Assembly (NCBI GenBank): GCA_963823665.1
Contig: CAWGMQ010000005.1
Coordinates: 992,001-1,056,000 of the forward strand
DNA length: 64,000 nt
From: an uncultured Planctomycetota bacterium
GTDB lineage: Bacteria; Planctomycetota; Planctomycetia; Isosphaerales; Isosphaeraceae
Reading direction: 5' to 3'
The position numbers and the translations under genes were made by a program. The notes under the pieces were generated by a model, which made no database searches, was not told the DNA's origin, and worked only from the letters and a program-made list of their open reading frames with translations. Positions 62,233 to 64,000 of this stretch are shown here, one piece after another (the stretch's first letter is position 1; each line of letters begins with the position of its first letter).

Positions 62233-62892
62233 TCAAAACATGTGCGATCTCTCCGGAGATCGGCGCGGCTGCCGCCAGCGTCGCGTCAGCCGGCGCGAGA
62301 CCGCGGCGCCGCCGCAACAGCCGAGAGCGGCCACGGCCAGAACGAGCGAATTCGGCTCGGGCGCGGCGGACGCCCCGATGGTGAAGGGCAAGGGCGGGCC
62401 GGAGCCGAGCAAAACCGGTGTGTTGGTGCCGTCGCTTGCCGCCAGGCTCGTGGGGTCGAATGTGAGGCTGCCCGAGCCGGGTTGCTGCGCGACGACGTCG
62501 AAGGTGTAGAACGTGCCGTCGGTGCTGATCGGCGTGTTCGTTACCGAGAAGAAGACGGCGTCGTAGAATGCGTCGGCTTCACCCGCGAACCCTGCGGGGA
62601 CGAAACCGGTCGGGTCGGGAACGATTGCGCCGGCAGTGACATCAGTCGCGGACCCGAGCAGCGAGCTATCAAAGGTCACGGTGCCCGCGAGATAATCCAA
62701 CTGGTCGCCGGAGTTCAATCCGGAAAGCACAACGTCAAAGCGGACGGTCTGCCCCACGCTCAGATTGTTCAGATCGGCCGATTCCGCGACCACCGAGAGC
62801 GTCAGGCCGGCCTTCGCCGGCGGGGCGTCAAATAGAAGTAAGGTCGTAACGACCGCGCACATAAACAGATTGAGTCTGGGTTGCTGTTGCAT
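62233..62892 (-). CDS. secreted cohesin-like protein with PEP-CTERM sorting signal
   Basis: Signal peptide (AKA|G); VGQTVRFDVVL...GTVTFDSSLL...GTFYTFDVVAQQPGSGSLTFD; C-terminal APEPNSLVLAVAALG...RRLTRRWR. Confidence 0.8.
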   Translation of the reverse strand: MQQQPRLNLFMCAVVTTLLLFDAPPAKAGLTLSVVAESADLNNLSVGQTVRFDVVLSGLNSGDQLDYLAGTVTFDSSLLGSATDVTAGAIVPDPTGFVPAGFAGEADAFYDAVFFSVTNTPISTDGTFYTFDVVAQQPGSGSLTFDPTSLAASDGTNTPVLLGSGPPLPFTIGASAAPEPNSLVLAVAALGCCGGAAVSRRLTRRWRQPRRSPERSHMF

Positions 62893-62914
62893 CGAGGTGA
62901 ACCTTATCTGGATG

Positions 62915-63330
62915 ACCGAAATGCTCCTGGACAATGAGCGGCACGTCGTTGATGTCAACTTGCTGAATCACCCTGGGCACGATCGTCGGCATGGGTTGCA
63001 AGTCATGTCCGCACGCGGGGCGGAGACCGAGGCGATGGTCGAGCGAGTTGTCGTTGATCAATTCAGGTGCGCAGGCGGCGGGTTCGGGCTTGGGGTGACG
63101 TGGCTGCCTGAAAGTGCGGCGTTTCTTCCGGCCCTTCGGCGATGCCGGTTCGAGAGGCTTGACGAAGCCGGAGGACGGCGGCTTGGACGAGGTCGAGGAA
63201 TGTTTCCTCGCAACGGCGAATTGTTCCTGGAGACGGGTGACGGTGGCCTCGAGCGCCAGCGCCCGCGACCGCGCGTCTTGGGAATCCAGCTTCCCCTGCG
63301 AGTGTCGCATATTCGGCCAAGGCTTCCGTG
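62915..63330 (-). pseudogene. IS66-family transposase N-terminal remnant
   Basis: Coiled coil then HSSTSSKPPSS, RQPRH, degenerate CxxCG (RPACGHDL), QQVDI...VQEH; no DDE domain follows. Confidence 0.7.
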
Positions 63331-63685
63331 CGTTGGGTTGCATGGGGCGGTATCGTACACGCGTCATCGAGAAAGCACAATACCGCAGATCCCTGGAAGC
63401 CATGAATGCGGCCGGCTCAGCTCGAGGTCTCGATGGCCAGAGATAACCGAGCTGCACGTAACAGTCACTGATCTTGACCAAGGACTGTGCCTTGTGGGGC
63501 CATGCGGCTTCCTGGTCTTGGAATCGAAGCAATTGGTAGTAGAGTGACTCGAAAATGAGAATCGCGTCGTGGAAGCGGAGTTGGCTCGCGTAGTCGTATG
63601 CGATGATGTTCCGTGCTCTCCGGGCACATTTTTGTTACTTGTTATATCGATGCATTTGCATTTACATGCAAACGTCGGGCAGATC

Positions 63686-64000
63686 TTCATGACGCGGAAT
63701 GGCTCGCCGTCGAAGACCAGGACCAAGGCGGCATCTGCCAGGTATTCCTCCTCCCGTGCACTCCATTCCTCGCGCGTGTAAAACCGCGTGTCTCTGGCCA
63801 GTTCATGATCGACCAGCCAGTTGTGGACGTTGCTTCTGAGCTTCTCAGTGGTTTGGTTTGCCTGACTCAGAGTTTGGTGGCGCCGGTGGACTGGAGTTCC
63901 TGGAGCCATGCCTCGAGCTCGTCGTCGGTATTGAGGTCGTCGAGGATTTCGCTGGGGCCGTCCCACTCTTCGACTTCGACGTAGAAGTTTGGCTCGTCGC
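63686..64000. repeat. right copy of the diverged direct repeat (runs off the window)
   Basis: Colinear with 43861-44174. Confidence 0.92.

Noticed and set aside
43861..64000. Diverged repeat pair as a DGR template and variable region
   Set aside because: Differences are not adenine-specific and the only RT is intron-type
1..64000. tRNA, rRNA or riboswitch genes
   Set aside because: None recognised by eye in the intergenic regions; a covariance-model scan would be needed to exclude them

Overview
GC-rich bacterial window, most consistent with a planctomycete (Isosphaeraceae-like). Supporting signs are a LEPRxLL-type N-terminus on a giant surface protein, a PEP-CTERM protein, a DWG-type Ser/Thr kinase, a Uma2 nuclease and a GAF/M50-HlyD cluster. 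The left two-thirds mix housekeeping genes (thyX, queC, queD, a CCA-adding enzyme, rsmD) with membrane-fusion-protein clusters, an S53 protease, a PASTA-domain Rhs protein ending in a Cys/Asp tandem repeat, a Sel1/PDZ protein, a broken ECF sigma factor and a VapBC pair. The right third (about 43.9-64 kb) looks like an island bracketed by a diverged direct repeat. It holds two standout systems. (1) A group II intron (44578-49351, minus strand) whose RT gene is split at the conserved RPLGIP motif by a 2.7-kb serine-recombinase element. In silico excision restores the RT frame exactly and builds a symmetric attP-like junction, which also joins an RBS and ATG in frame to the element's small first ORF. 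(2) A 4199-aa Rhs protein with an N-terminal dockerin-like domain, encoded directly downstream of a small cohesin-like PEP-CTERM protein, suggesting cellulosome-style tethering of a polymorphic toxin. Several 1-2 bp frameshifts in otherwise intact genes may be assembly errors. All family assignments come from motif recognition by eye; no searches were run.
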